A stretch of 57,533 bases of DNA, filler included, from Squatina squatina (lineage: Eukaryota), in assembly GCA_031763465.1 (NCBI GenBank). It is 3 parts of 3 records of this genome, joined end to end, with 100 filler letters (N's around TTAATTAATTAA, not from the genome) between each part and the next. Parts side by side here need not be neighbours in the genome. Positions count along the whole stretch, not along the records: positions 32,050 to 57,533 come from JARFOE010000234.1; 2 more parts are not named here. One strand, written 5' to 3'. A program made the position numbers and the translations under genes. Of the stretch, positions 40,653-52,640 are shown one piece after another (the stretch's first letter is position 1; every line of letters begins with the position of its first letter). The notes beneath the pieces were generated by a model that ran no database searches, had not been told where the DNA came from, and saw only the letters and a list, made by a program, of their open reading frames with translations.

Positions 40653-40928
40653 CACATCATCGCGGTTGTCGGGGCCGGATTGTAAAGTGCTCTTTTCCTC
40701 TTCCTTTCGAACAAGTCTTTCATATAAGTCACTTACAAGGAATGATGGGTAATATCGATCTTTAAGAGTCTCATAAACATCGCTCTGAATTTTGTTGAAG
40801 ACGTCAGTTCCTTTGTTACCCACAAGGCTTTGCTGGATTTCTTTATAAAGTGCCTTCTCCACTGGAATTTCCCGGCTTTCCACAAAATAATTCTGGTAGA
40901 TTTCACCAACTAGTTGAGGTATTTCAGT
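40653..40928 (-). CDS. SNX25: SNX25 RGS-domain exon, 276 nt
   Basis: cattcag|...|gtaagg; TEIPQLVGEIYQNYFVESREIPVEKALYKEIQQSLVGNKGTDVFNKIQSDVYETLKDRYYPSFLVSDLYERL...DDV. Confidence 0.95.
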
Positions 40929-41251
40929 CTGAATGAATAAAAGCAGAAAGTATGGTTATAAACTGAAGTATAACTAAGCATAGCTCAATATCCAATGTTC
41001 TACCCTCACGAAGAATGGGACCTTTGCTGGAGAGCGTTTCCATGGAAGCATGTAGTCTGCTGTTACCTCAGACTCTGATACATCATTCACGTATGACCAG
41101 ATTGTTTGATGGTGAAGGCCATTTCTGTGGCCAGTAAACAACCACATACATTATTGGGCACTGGTTAGTGATCAAGAATGTGAAATTAGATCAATTTTTC
41201 CTCTCCTTAGCCAGGAGACTAAAGTCAACAATAACAACTTGCATTTATATC

Positions 41252-41961
41252 GGGCTAGAAATTCATCTCCTATTGCGCCCTGTCAGCACCGCCGAGCGGC
41301 GCTAACTGGGCGAAACAGGACAAAATGGCACCAGGAGGCGGCTATCTCACCTCCCGGGGAATTCAGTTGGGGCGAAAAGGCCTCTGCGCCTGGCCAGCTG
41401 AATTCCACGGTGGGTTGGCGCATGACATCATAAAGACACACGCCGACCCGCACTGTGCAGCCGCAGCCCCCTTTGCGGCCCATGTGTGTCCGGGAAAGCT
41501 GTCACTGCATCGGCCCTCTTACAGGGGAGGGCCTGTGCGCCTGTGGCGCCACCTTAATTTTTCAGCCAAATCTGTTGTTGGCCAAATGATGGTGGCCCAT
41601 GGCCAGATCGGGCCGCCATCCCCNNNNNNNNNNNNNNNNNNNNNNNNNNNNNNNNNNNNNNNNNNNNNNNNNNNNNNNNNNNNNNNNNNNNNNNNNNNNN
41701 NNNNNNNNNNNNNNNNNNNNNNNTCAAAACTTCAATAAAAGATACACCTATCTGATTGGCTGGGGCCTCCCACGTGACCTTTCCAGCCTCTTCTATTGAC
41801 TTGCCCGGGAAACTGGAGAGCCCTGCTCCGAATCTCCAACTCGGGGTGGGGGGCTGAAGATCGCAAACACGTGTGGATCCAGGACCCTTAGGTAAATACG
41901 TAGAGTAAATTGCAATCGGAGGCACCCGCATGCAGGAAGCCTCCAATCGCAATTTCAGGGC
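41252..41961. mobile_element. GC-rich non-autonomous DNA transposon pieces flanking a gap
   Basis: Left end gggctagaaatt, right end aatttcagggc; CpG-rich interior; may be two different elements joined over the gap. Confidence 0.5.
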
Positions 41962-42568
41962 ACATTTATTTGCTTGTGTGTTACTGTTAAACTTGTGTTG
42001 CCCCTTTGTTCCCTTATTTAGAGCTGCCATCCTGATTCAATTGTAATTTGTAACACTCATTTTTTTGAATTGTACTATTTTAAAAACCTGATGAAATTGG
42101 TTCTTTTTTTCTTCATTAACTTTTGCTCTTTCATTGAATATTGTGTTGGATAGAATGGGGAGTAGTATCTAACAGAGGGTAGCCGATTGGGAAGGACTAA
42201 AATTTACAGGCAAAACTTGTAAGGCTTTGCATATTCATTTACTTGTATGAGAAATAAACATATACTGACCTGAATACTTTATGTATATAACCCATAATCA
42301 AATTCTACTTTACCAAAGAATGCTTTCACAAACTGGTCACTATGCTTGTTCTGCACTAAGTTGTATTTCTCTGAAAATTAGAATTGGGATTGCATGATGA
42401 TCATATAACTCAAGCTGTTACATACACCTGCATAGATGGAACCATGATTTAAAATAAAATGTATATCACCTCATTGACTTATAAATTGGGATCTAAATTG
42501 GATAAATGTTTGAAAGGGATAAATTTGCAGGGTTATATGGAAGGGGCAGTGCAGTGGGACTAACTGTG

Positions 42569-42900
42569 TAGGGTGACCAGACGTCCTGGTTTTTGAGGAA
42601 GTGACCGTGTCCTGACACTTCAAGTGCTCAAATGTCTTGGTTTTTCATGCCCACCCGACTGTGCAGTTCGGCCGAAGACCGGACTGTGCACGCACAGCCT
42701 GATTGTCCTGGGTTGGGACTCATCCGATCTGGCCATCCTATTTATACCTGGATGGAGGGAAGGTTCTCTTTGCTGTTTTTCCCTTCTCCCCTTTTTCCTC
42801 CCCCCCACCGCTCCACCCAATCCTTGTGGTGCAATCAATCCGAAATAACAGTGTGTGATGCTTGCAGACACTGCAAGTGCCAGTCCTGTGCCGGCACTAT
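42569..42900 (+). mobile_element. hAT (Blackjack-like) DNA transposon fragment
   Basis: Begins TAGGGTGACCAGACGTCCTGG, a recalled Blackjack-type terminus; right end not located. Confidence 0.55.
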
Positions 42901-43865
42901 TCACATGGACCTGTGGGCCTTCTCTTCAGAGCATTGCTGCTGTCCATACTCTGCTAATTAGAAAATAGCATCTTGCAATCAAATTACAGAAACTTAAAAT
43001 TACATTTTATGGGTCAACATAGAAGCAGAATGTGGTCTGTATAGTGTTTGTCTTGGCTGTTTGAACCTCTGCTGAGCTGTATCAAATTTCAGCTAATCCT
43101 TGATTTTTTTTTCCGAATGCTTGTCCTCGAGTATCCAAGTGATTTGTGTGTGTGAATCGCTGTCTTCAATTGTCCTGTTGCAAATTAGATTTCATTGAGG
43201 GAAATAATTCAGTGCTAACTTCTGTTGGGGAAACTCCAAATTGAAGCCTGTCCCCCTCATTCCAAACCAGTTTGGGATTGAATGCTGTATTACATATTGG
43301 CTTATTGGCCTTTTTAAAAAATGAACATAAATCTGGATGTTCATATGTGAGTGACAACAAACATTTGATTTCTCAAGTTATTAAACAGCTTCATTTTGGA
43401 AAGGCTGGAAGAGTCTGATAGGATCAAGTTGTATATCTAATGAAAGTCTAGAGCTGCCAAAGTAACACATCATTATTCACAGACATACAAGTTCTGCTCT
43501 TAAAATATGCACATGCACACCTCTGCAATGTGGGTTGATTCAAAATGAGAACAATTCCAAATACAACAATCAAAAACAGAACATTTATGTTTTAATAGTC
43601 ACGTGCTAATATAGCTGTATATGGCTCTTCCAAACGGATAAAAAATTGGCAATTGTTTCTCAAGTATAAGACTACAACCTCTCTCATTTTTCTTTGTACC
43701 CTGCTATCCCTCTGCTATTTTCTTGTTCAGCTCAATAAATCAATCAAAATCAGAATGTTTGTTTTCCTGTTTGCATAGGTGAGTGAAGATAACCAATCTC
43801 CTGCTCATACGAGGGTGGGAACCCAATTGTCCTGCTAGAGATGATGATATTTGCAGATATGTCAT

Positions 43866-44146
43866 CTATGGCTCAGTGGCAGCTCTCTTGCCTCTGAATT
43901 AATGGGTTCAAGTCCCACTCCAAAGACTTGAGCACAAAAATCTAGGCTGACACTTCAGAGCAGTACTGAGGGAGTGCTGCACTATCGGAGGTGTCTTATT
44001 TCAGAGGAGATTTTAAACGGAGGCTCTGTCTGTCCCATCGTACTATGAAGAGAAGGGGAATTCTCCCCAATGTCCTGAACAATATTTATCCCTCAACAAT
44101 AATCACTAAAAAAAGATTAGCTTGTCATTATCACATTGTTGTTTGT
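43866..44146 (+). mobile_element. Deu-SINE, truncated by RTE insertion
   Basis: A-box tggctcagtgg, B-box gggttcaagtccc, Deu-domain; stops at cacattgttgtttgt. Confidence 0.85.
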
Positions 44147-44561
44147 GGGCAGGGGTTGTGCTGAGATGGTGGCGGTTAGGATGCTATGGGATGGAATCGG
44201 GCTTGGACGTCGAGGACTGAGTCTTGGTTGAGGAGTTCCTTGAAGTGCTCCTTCCAGCAGGTGCTGAAAGGCCATCTGGCAGCTGATAAACAACAAAGCT
44301 TCCAGCGCAGATGGAACCCCTGCCGAAATACTAAAATATGGCGCAGAGGCACTCATGTCGTGACTCCATGACCTCATCTCCCTCATCTAGGAGGAGCAGA
44401 GCAAGCCAGGAGATCTCAGAGATGCCATAATGGTGACCATCTTCAAGAAAGGAGACAAGTCCGATTGCGGGAACTACAGAGGGGCCTCCCTGCTGTCCGC
44501 CACAGGGAAGGTCATCGCAAGAATCCTCCTCAATTGTCTCCTGCCAGTGGCTGAAGAGCTC
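44147..44561 (+). mobile_element. RTE-clade LINE fragment with inverted 5' segment
   Basis: 44259-44561(+): KAIWQLINNKASSADGTPAEILKYG...VTIFKKGDKSDCGNYRGASLLSATGKVIARILLN; 44147-44258(-): WKEHFKELLNQDSVLD. Confidence 0.85.
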
Positions 44562-45211
44562 CNNNNNNNNNNNNNNNNNNNNNNNNNNNNNNNNNNNNNN
44601 NNNNNNNNNNNNNNNNNNNNNNNNNNNNNNNNNNNNNNNNNNNNNNNNNNNNNNNNNNNNNNCTTAAAAACATGCCTACTAGTACCTGTGTGCCTAAGAA
44701 AATGGGCGCAATTTGGAGCGCCTTCCTGAACTAGCGCATTTGGCAGAATCTCGTAATGTCGACCTGGGGCCATAGCCAGTTTTGTGTGGGTGGGGCCTGA
44801 TTCAGGCAAACGAAATCCTTAACCAGCGTAAAATATCGTGGAAAACATGAACATAAGTGGTTTTGGCCGTAACTCATTTGCATTTGAAATTCCTCGATCC
44901 TTTGCGCCGGTTTGGCCAATTCTGCCCAGATTGCGCTGATATTATTGCAGTAAACGTGTGAAAACGCCACCTCATAGACTCCAACTCCTGTTTCAACAGT
45001 GACAACAACTTCCATTAACATCTTTAACATAGAAAAACATCGCAAAGCACTTTGCAGACTCAATCAAGAAAGTAGATGCTGAGCAAAAGAAGATCAAAGC
45101 TCGGTCAATGATGGATAGGGGAAGGTGTATATCACAAAGTGGCCATAACCATCACCAAAAAAACTGTCTGTGAAAACATGGCTACAAAACACAAGAATGG
45201 GTTGCCATTAC

Positions 45212-45398
45212 CTCAACTGCTTTAAGAACTCCACATCACAGCTGCTGTTGATAAGTTTGATGAACTCCTCGTAGGAAGGGGCATAACTGTAGGCTTTCTT
45301 GTGATGCTCATTCACTTGCTCCCTGTGTTCCATCTGGGTTAGCAGCATTCGATTAATGTAGTCTGGATCGCTCAGTAGTTCCACCATTGGCTTTAGGA
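45212..45398 (-). CDS. SNX25: SNX25 exon, 187 nt (end of PXA region)
   Basis: ttgacag|...|gtaatg; (V)LKPMVELLSDPDYINRMLLTQMEHREQVNEHHKKAYSYAPSYEEFIKLINSSCDVEFLKQL(R). Confidence 0.95.
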
Positions 45399-46829
45399 CT
45401 GTCAACAATAGATTCAGGCAAGAGGTTAGAAAGGACAAAATTCAGAACACATGGACCCAATTTGATAATCGTTAGAAACATTTGCCATTATGAACAAACA
45501 CCAAAGATTACAATAAAATATATGTTTCTCCATCAAGTCCTCTCTCACAAAGGCATGAATTCCATAAGTACTGGCAGCCTTCCAGCAACAGAACCAGGTA
45601 GCAATTTTTCTTCTGTAAGTGAGTAGACAGTGAGTGTCAGAGACTATGTAACCACAGGGCTGCGGGGAGGGGTGGGAAGAGAAAAATCGCCCAATCCTGT
45701 CCTCACCCAATATCCACACATTTGGCACCAGGGATCTTCAGACAGTACTCCATGCTCTAACCCACTGCAGCAGCCCACCACCACCGTCCTGGAGATTCCT
45801 TAACTAAAGTGATTGCTCTTGAGTCGTTCTGGTCTGCATGGATCAGTGCCACATAACATGATGCACGCATCCTCTGAAACATCGGGATCAAAGCCCTTAG
45901 CAATCATTTTTACCATTACAAGTATTTCAGTAAACATGAGTGTGCCAGTTCCCAGAAGTTAATTTATCACAAGTGCATAGAACAATGGAATCCTGTTATT
46001 GCAAATAGAGACTAAAGCAGTAAAGCAGTTACTTTTTCGAGATGGTTCAGAAAACATTGCAATCCAGGAGTTAAAACATGCAAAAGGTTTGCCAGTGTAT
46101 TCTGACCCAAGTCATGTTCTGGATGGAAAACATACATTATGATGCTAGCTACTGAATTCCCGGGCCCAGTAATTGCACCATGGGATATTGGTGTTTGTAC
46201 AATCATATGACATTAGAACATATGAAATAGGAGCAGGAGTAGGCCATTTGGCCCCTCGAGCCTGCTCTGCCATTCAATGAGATCATGGCTGATCTGATCC
46301 TGGCCTCAACTCCAATTTCCTGCCTGTTCCCCATAACTCTCAACTCCCCTGTTGCTCAAAAAGCTGTCTATCTCAACCTTGAATATATTCAAAAGCGAAA
46401 TANNNNNNNNNNNNNNNNNNNNNNNNNNNNNNNNNNNNNNNNNNNNNNNNNNNNNNNNNNNNNNNNNNNNNNNNNNNNNNNNNNNNNNNNNNNNNNNNNN
46501 NNCACACTCAGAAGATGCGGATTAAGTGGTGTGCGAAATCAATCACTTCTTACACTGATGCTGTAAAAAGTGATCGCCCAAGGATGAGCCACGTTGTCGG
46601 GGTGTAATAGATAAACTTAACTGGCGATGCCCTTATGAGAAACATCGACATTTTTCATCTTGATGAGCACAAAAGCACCACAGAAACAACAAAAAACATG
46701 TAATTCTAAGGTTGTCAGCTGGTGTGTTGGCCCCAAGAGTATCTGCCTAGTTCCCACTTGATGGCAGGGTTTACTTTATTTGCTTCAGGTGCAACATCCT
46801 GCATTACTATCGAACCTTTAACTTAGGAA

Positions 46830-47170
46830 ATCCTTGCAAGACGCTTCACGGACAAAATTTGACACCGAGCTGAAGAAGTAGACATTAGACGGGTGACTTA
46901 AAGCTTCGCCAAAGAGGTGGACGCTATGGAGGGAGCGAGGTGGAGAGGCAGGGAGTGAAGGCCAGAGCTTATGGCCTAGATATCGGAAGGCACGGTTATC
47001 AATGTTGGCTGTTGGAAGTGGGGGCTGTGCAAGGGGCCAGAATTGGAGAAAAGCAGAATTCCCAGAGGGTTTTAAGGTTGGAGGAGGTTACAGAAATAGG
47101 GAGGGGGTAAGACAATGGAGGCATTTGAACAAGATGATGAGAATTTTAAATGAGACATTGGTATACTGGG
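46830..47170 (-). mobile_element. L2 LINE 3' fragment
   Basis: FKILIILFKCLHCLTPSLFL resembles L2 FKILILVFKSLHGLAPPYL; similar plus-strand piece at about 56150-56530. Confidence 0.7.
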
Positions 47171-47821
47171 AGGCATCTATCAGCTGCACTGTAAGCAAGT
47201 TAGTACTAATAAAAAGGAAGAAAAACCCATCATACATACCTACTGACAAACATAAACCCAGCGCACTCAGCACATTATGCAAGAGAACTGCATATTAATT
47301 CTCTATTTGGCAGTGCAATTAAAATGATTTATATCGGAATATCAAGTATTAGTTCAGAGAGACATTAGTTTAGAGAGAAGTGCTGAAGGACATTGTAAGG
47401 ATTTGTGTTAATTATCTTTTTGTGAACAGGTGCACAATAAATGTTGCACATCCAGATCAACACTCAGGTAACTGTAGCTGACCTCAAGCCAGGATGTGGA
47501 TTGGACCAACAGAATTACTCTCAGCGCAGTTCAGTGAGAGAGGAGATCCTGTTCAGATTGATATCCGGTAACCCCGACTGGAAGGGCGAATAGCAGGTGA
47601 AGATACAATGGGATTCGGCTACAATGTCATCCATGGTCGGATAGCTTACCAGCACTAACCGGCATGACTCACAAGAGCCAGTTCGGCTCAGGCCGAGAAG
47701 TAACCAGGGTGCCACGGAACCGTACCCCAGTAAAGAGTGAGTAACTCCAGGCAAGACAAGGAAGGGCAAAAATTGGCAATATAAATAAATATAAAGTGGG
47801 CATCTCGAACCAATCTTTTAC

Positions 47822-48038
47822 CTTGTGCTCGCTGCCTTGAGGTCACAGAAGTGAGCGAGTACAGTCCGGACCACATCATTACAAACAACTTTCACTATGT
47901 CAACGTTACTCAGTCGAATGCGCAGCTGCTTTGCCATTTCCCAGAAGTCCTCTGAAAGCATGTGGTATAGATGTCCTTCATCTTTGCTGATTTTCACATA
48001 CCAGGAAAGGATGTAGTCCCTGTAGCTATAGTCAAAAA
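47822..48038 (-). CDS. SNX25: SNX25 PXA-domain exon, 217 nt
   Basis: tttttcag|...|gtaaaa; (V)FDYSYRDYILSWYVKISKDEGHLYHMLSEDFWEMAKQLRIRLSNVDIVKVVCNDVVRTVLAHFCDLKAAST(R). Confidence 0.95.
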
Positions 48039-48354
48039 CTGAAAAACAAAAACACACAACGCAAACTGTGAGATCACCCTGAATGTTGTAGAGGTGAAGC
48101 ACAAAAGACGTTGGCTTAAAAATCCCTGAATCCCATTTCACTCAAGTTAAGGACTTCACTGGAAATATAATTGAATGACCAGGTAGTACAGTGAGTTGCA
48201 GCCTGGGCCCATTTTCATGAGAGCTAGATTCAAATCTAGCCCGGACAGGGAAGACGAAAATCTTCGTCAGCTGTATGGCTGAAATGATCTCAAACCAGCT
48301 TCCAAACTGAAAAAATAGGCATAATTAAGGACTAACGGACTAAATTAGAGGCAG

Positions 48355-48760
48355 TTTGACTCAGTTGGTAGCACTTTCACCTCAGTCAAAAGGTTGTCAA
48401 TTCAAGTCCTGCTGGAGGAGTCTAGGCTGACCGACCGAGTGCTGAGATGTTGTCCTTTGGGCAAGATGTTAAACCAGGGTCCTGCCTCCCTGTTCCAGTG
48501 GATGTTAAAGACCATATGGCACTCTTCAAAGCCAGGCAGAGTGTTCTCCCAGTATCTCAACTAATATCTCCCCCTCAACCAACACCATTAAAAATTGGTT
48601 AACTAGTTATGCAGCTTATTGCTATATCTAGGAGTGTGTTCTGTGCAAAAACAGTGTCTTTGTTTACATATATCGCAACGGTGACTTGACTTCAAAATAA
48701 TTAATTGTGTGTGAAGTGCATATGGATGTATTGGGAGATTTGATAAGATGCAATTTTTCT
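48355..48760 (+). mobile_element. Deu-SINE, near full length, diverged
   Basis: gactcagttggtagcactttcacctc head, aagaccatatggcactctt body, ataagatgcaattttt tail. Confidence 0.75.
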
Positions 48761-50497
48761 TGTTCACTGATTGCTTACCAGGTATTTCAAGTAATTCACT
48801 ATCACTCCGAAATTGCTCCTGTTCCACCTTTTCAAGATTTTCCCAGTCAGTATATAGTTGCATTTTAGAATTTCAGCAACAGTAGGCAATGCTTCATCTT
48901 GCTTTCATCTCCACTGCATCTCTTTGNNNNNNNNNNTCCTTACTGTGTTCATCCTCTCTAAATCTTTTTGAATTGCCTCTTCCCAAACCAATGAAATTTG
49001 CAATCTGACACGGCTGTGTCATCTAAAGAGATCTTACCTATAATCCCTACATCAAGGTTGGCAACAATGATCAGCAGAAGCCCACAGAATGATTGAAGTC
49101 CATCACTCACTGTTATGCATCTTGTAAAACATGCACTTAAAAGACACTGTTTACATTATATTCTCTGACAATTTCTTAGTTAATTCATATATTTTTCCTC
49201 CATTGTTATAAGGCTTAATCTTTGGTGTATACAAGGGGCTTGCCAAATACTTTTGAAAGTCTACACTTAATGGCATAAATCATGACAATTGTATTTCTCT
49301 TGTGTAATAACACAGCAGTATGTGTATCCTCTGCTGGTTTATCCATCACACTTCAGGTGTCACGTATGTCTATATGCAAATTTCACACTTGCATTGGCTT
49401 GAATTTCATATTAATAAAACAGCAAATCAAAATTGAACAAATAGAGAATGTATCAAATCTGTAAGTAGGAAATGAGAATGAAAGTCACTAATCATGAGGT
49501 TCAAAAAAACTGCAAAATCAACAAAANNNNNNNNNNNNNNNNNNNNNNNNNNNNNNNNNNNNNNNNNNNNNNNNNNNNNNNNNNNNNNNNNNNNNNNNNN
49601 NNNNNNNNNNNNNNNNNNNNNNNNNNAGGGCATTGCTCTAACATTACAAGCTACAGATGTTCCGTAGATGACATTTGCTCGTTTCCAAAAGGGTTAGGAA
49701 CACAGTGTTCCTTAGTTAAATAACTCAGATTTAGATTCATAGCTTCCCGCAGTTTAAAACTGCAACATGCCACTTAGAAATTACAGAAGATATATTCAAA
49801 TAGCCCAGTTTGGAAAGACCATTCGTATAATCAAATTCAAGGCTGACTCAGTGCAACTTAATATATCAGCATCTTTAATAAATGCATCCCATTATAATTA
49901 ACAAAGATACTAAAGACAGAAGCCTGAAAGGAATCCCAACTCCAAACTGCGGATCCCGACCACGTTACCATGGTTATAGGTTCAGTAGCTACTGGTAACC
50001 TTGTCAAAAGCTAAATGGAAAGCACTTCTGTGCAGCACTTGCTGCAAAACAAGCTCTCTCTTTGAATACTGTGCCACAGTTTGTAGGTGGCATTACAGGG
50101 CTTTGTGTTTTTCTGATTCCCAAGCAGAGCTCTCACCTTGTCAGGCCAACAACTAACAGGAAGCAGAGATGGCATAGGCCACATGATGAAATAAATTGAG
50201 CAAGTCGATTCAGGCTATCTCTCCAGCTAATTATGGCAAAGCAGTCACAGAAGCTTGAAAGCAGCTGGACTCCCCACACTGTCAGCTAACCATTTGTGGC
50301 ACAGGAAGGGGAAAATAATACTAACACAAATCTTTCTAACTACAAATGGTAAAGACAAGCTCCAAGGAGAATTTTTTTTTTTTTACTGCAATTCTTTNNN
50401 NNNNNNNNNNNNNNNNNNNNNNNNNNNNNNNNNNNNNNNNNNNNNNNNNNNNNNNNNNNNNNNNNNNNNNNNNNNNNNNNNNNNNNNNNNNNNNNNN

Positions 50498-50645
50498 CAA
50501 TGCATCTGCTATTTCTAGGGCCACTTCCTTAAGTACCCTGGGATGTAGATTATCAGGCCCTGGGGATTTATCGGACTTCAATCCCGTCAATTTCCCCAAC
50601 ACCATTTCCCTACAAATACTGATTTCATTCAGTTCCTCCCTCTCA
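50498..50645 (-). mobile_element. CR1 ORF2 fragment
   Basis: EELNEISICREMVLGKLTGLKSDKSPGPDNLHPRVLKEVALEIADAL. Confidence 0.9.
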
Positions 50646-51439
50646 ATGAACTTAATCCACAAAATGGTCCTTTTGATCAGACTTTATTGATAAGTCAGAG
50701 ATTCAACAGTGAAGCAGGCTGTAGAGTAAAGATAAATATTTGAAAAAGTAAAATTAGAAAAGTTTATGAGGAAAGGGCAGGAGATTAAGTAGATAGCTGA
50801 GAGAGCAAGTACAGGAAGGGCTGGATAGCCTTCTGCGGTCTAGCTCGCACCTGCACACTTCCAAGGACACGATTTGCCAATCCCCACCTCGATCTGTTAA
50901 TTCCCACCCCACATCATCCTATCTGCCTCCGTGGAGCTGAAGGCGCTATCTATCATTAAGATTGAGTGATTATCCACTGGGCTATCCCTTGTGGCTGGCC
51001 GCTGGGCTCACCCCCATTGCCCATAAGTTCACTGGAGAGCAGGCTTGCCACACTTTCTATGAAGTTACAGCTGTGTTGTAGGACCGGCCACAAGGAGATA
51101 TGCTGAACCTGCAACAACTTGCTTTATTGCCACAAACTAGTAGGGCAGGATAACCTGTACCTGGTGGAGGAGCCAAGTGACGAGGAGGAAATGGTCTTCA
51201 GCTCTGAAGACGAGTCCAGCGATGATTAATTTGCAAGATAAGTAACAGATTGTCAGGTTACCAATATAACAGAATAAAACATTGCCTTCCTTGAGGTTCA
51301 ATCTGAGCACCATCATGTTCAGGTCAGTCATTTACAATTATAGCCTTCAATGGTAATGGCCATGGTCATTCGCACACTCAGCAATGCACAGATATCAAGC
51401 CATTAAGTAAATTCAATAACATTTAGACTGCAGCGAATA

Positions 51440-51489
51440 TCATGAAAGTGAACCTCCAGGACTAGGTCCAAGCAGAGTTGGCAACCCTA
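51440..51489 (-). mobile_element. hAT-type MITE terminal remnant
   Basis: Minus strand TAGGGTTGCCAACTCTG..., a recalled hAT terminus; single end only. Confidence 0.5.
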
Positions 51490-51629
51490 CCTCGTTCTGT
51501 GCTGTAAAATTATGAGTGAGCTAATGTACGGAGAAAAATGAGGTTCGAGAGACAAAAGGGCCTTTTAAAATCTGAGGCTTAGACTGTTTCTGTTGAAATG
51601 CTGCCTTCCACCTCCCTTTTGTCAATGTC

Positions 51630-52640
51630 ATTTAATGTGCCGCACCGCAAAAACCCACGGAACCATTGGTTGCGGCGCAGCGCTGCCGGAGGAGCAGTGG
51701 ACGCGGGAAACGGATGTGACGTTTTAGTAACGCTCCTGAGAAACCGACGCGAAAACAAAACCATTAAAAAAATTGAGAGATCGCCGGAATTCGGGGGGGG
51801 GGCGAGTGAAGGGATCAGGGTCAGAGGGCGCGTGACGGGGGTCAGGGGTGAGTGACGGGGTCAGATTGTGAGGCGGAGTGTGTGAAGCAGCAGCACTTAG
51901 TCCCTCTGACCGACCGCCAATGGACAGCGACACGAACCGGGACGGGGAGGTGGATCACTCCTTCTTCGACAGCGACAGCGACAGCGAGAGGCGCAGTCCC
52001 GGCAGCGACCCTGCCAGGGGCCCCGGCCCCAGCTCTGTCGACGCTTCCTCCCCGGGCAGCGGCGGAGAGGGGCCGGGGAGCTCGCAGCGCCAGGGCGATT
52101 GTGGCCAAGGAGCGGCTGGCCAATGCAGCAACGAGGAAGCCTCAGCGAGCCCAGTCCGGCCGGGAAGTTCGGCTTCATCAGTATCACCCCCCACCTCCTT
52201 GTCCTCTGTCTCCCCCTCGCCCCCCGCCTCCGAATCACCCTCGTCTTCCTCCTCGTCCAGTGGAAAGGAGGCGAGCTCTCGGGTGAAAAGCACAGGACCG
52301 CCCAACAATTCGAGGGACAACGCGGGAAGCAGCGATGAAGGAAGCGGGGAGGTGGGATCCAGACCGAAGTCTGGCCCCAGTGCTCAGAGGAGTCCACGCT
52401 CCAGGTCGGGTGAAGCTGCTCCTTCGGATCCAGCATCAAATTCTGACTCGGACACACTCAGCTCCAGCTCGGATCGCTCATTCTCCTCTTCATCGGGGAA
52501 ACGATCTCCATCCACCCCCACATCCCAGCGGCGACCCAAATCTTCCCCGAAGTCTAGGAAAGGGCCGGTCAAAGGCTTATGCCAGGGCAAAAACGAGGAC
52601 GAAGACTCCGAGGGTACAGTAACCGACGTGACTCCTATCA
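51630..52640. promoter_or_regulatory. CpG island covering the CFAP97 promoter and 5' coding region
   Basis: Abrupt CpG and GC enrichment over an AT-rich background; ATTGG (reverse CCAAT) at about 51665, CGGATGTGACGT (ETS/CRE-like) at 51711-51722. Confidence 0.75.

Noticed and set aside
51104-51106. In-frame TGA in C*TC context as selenocysteine
   Set aside because: No SECIS identified, no known selenoprotein similarity, no exon support
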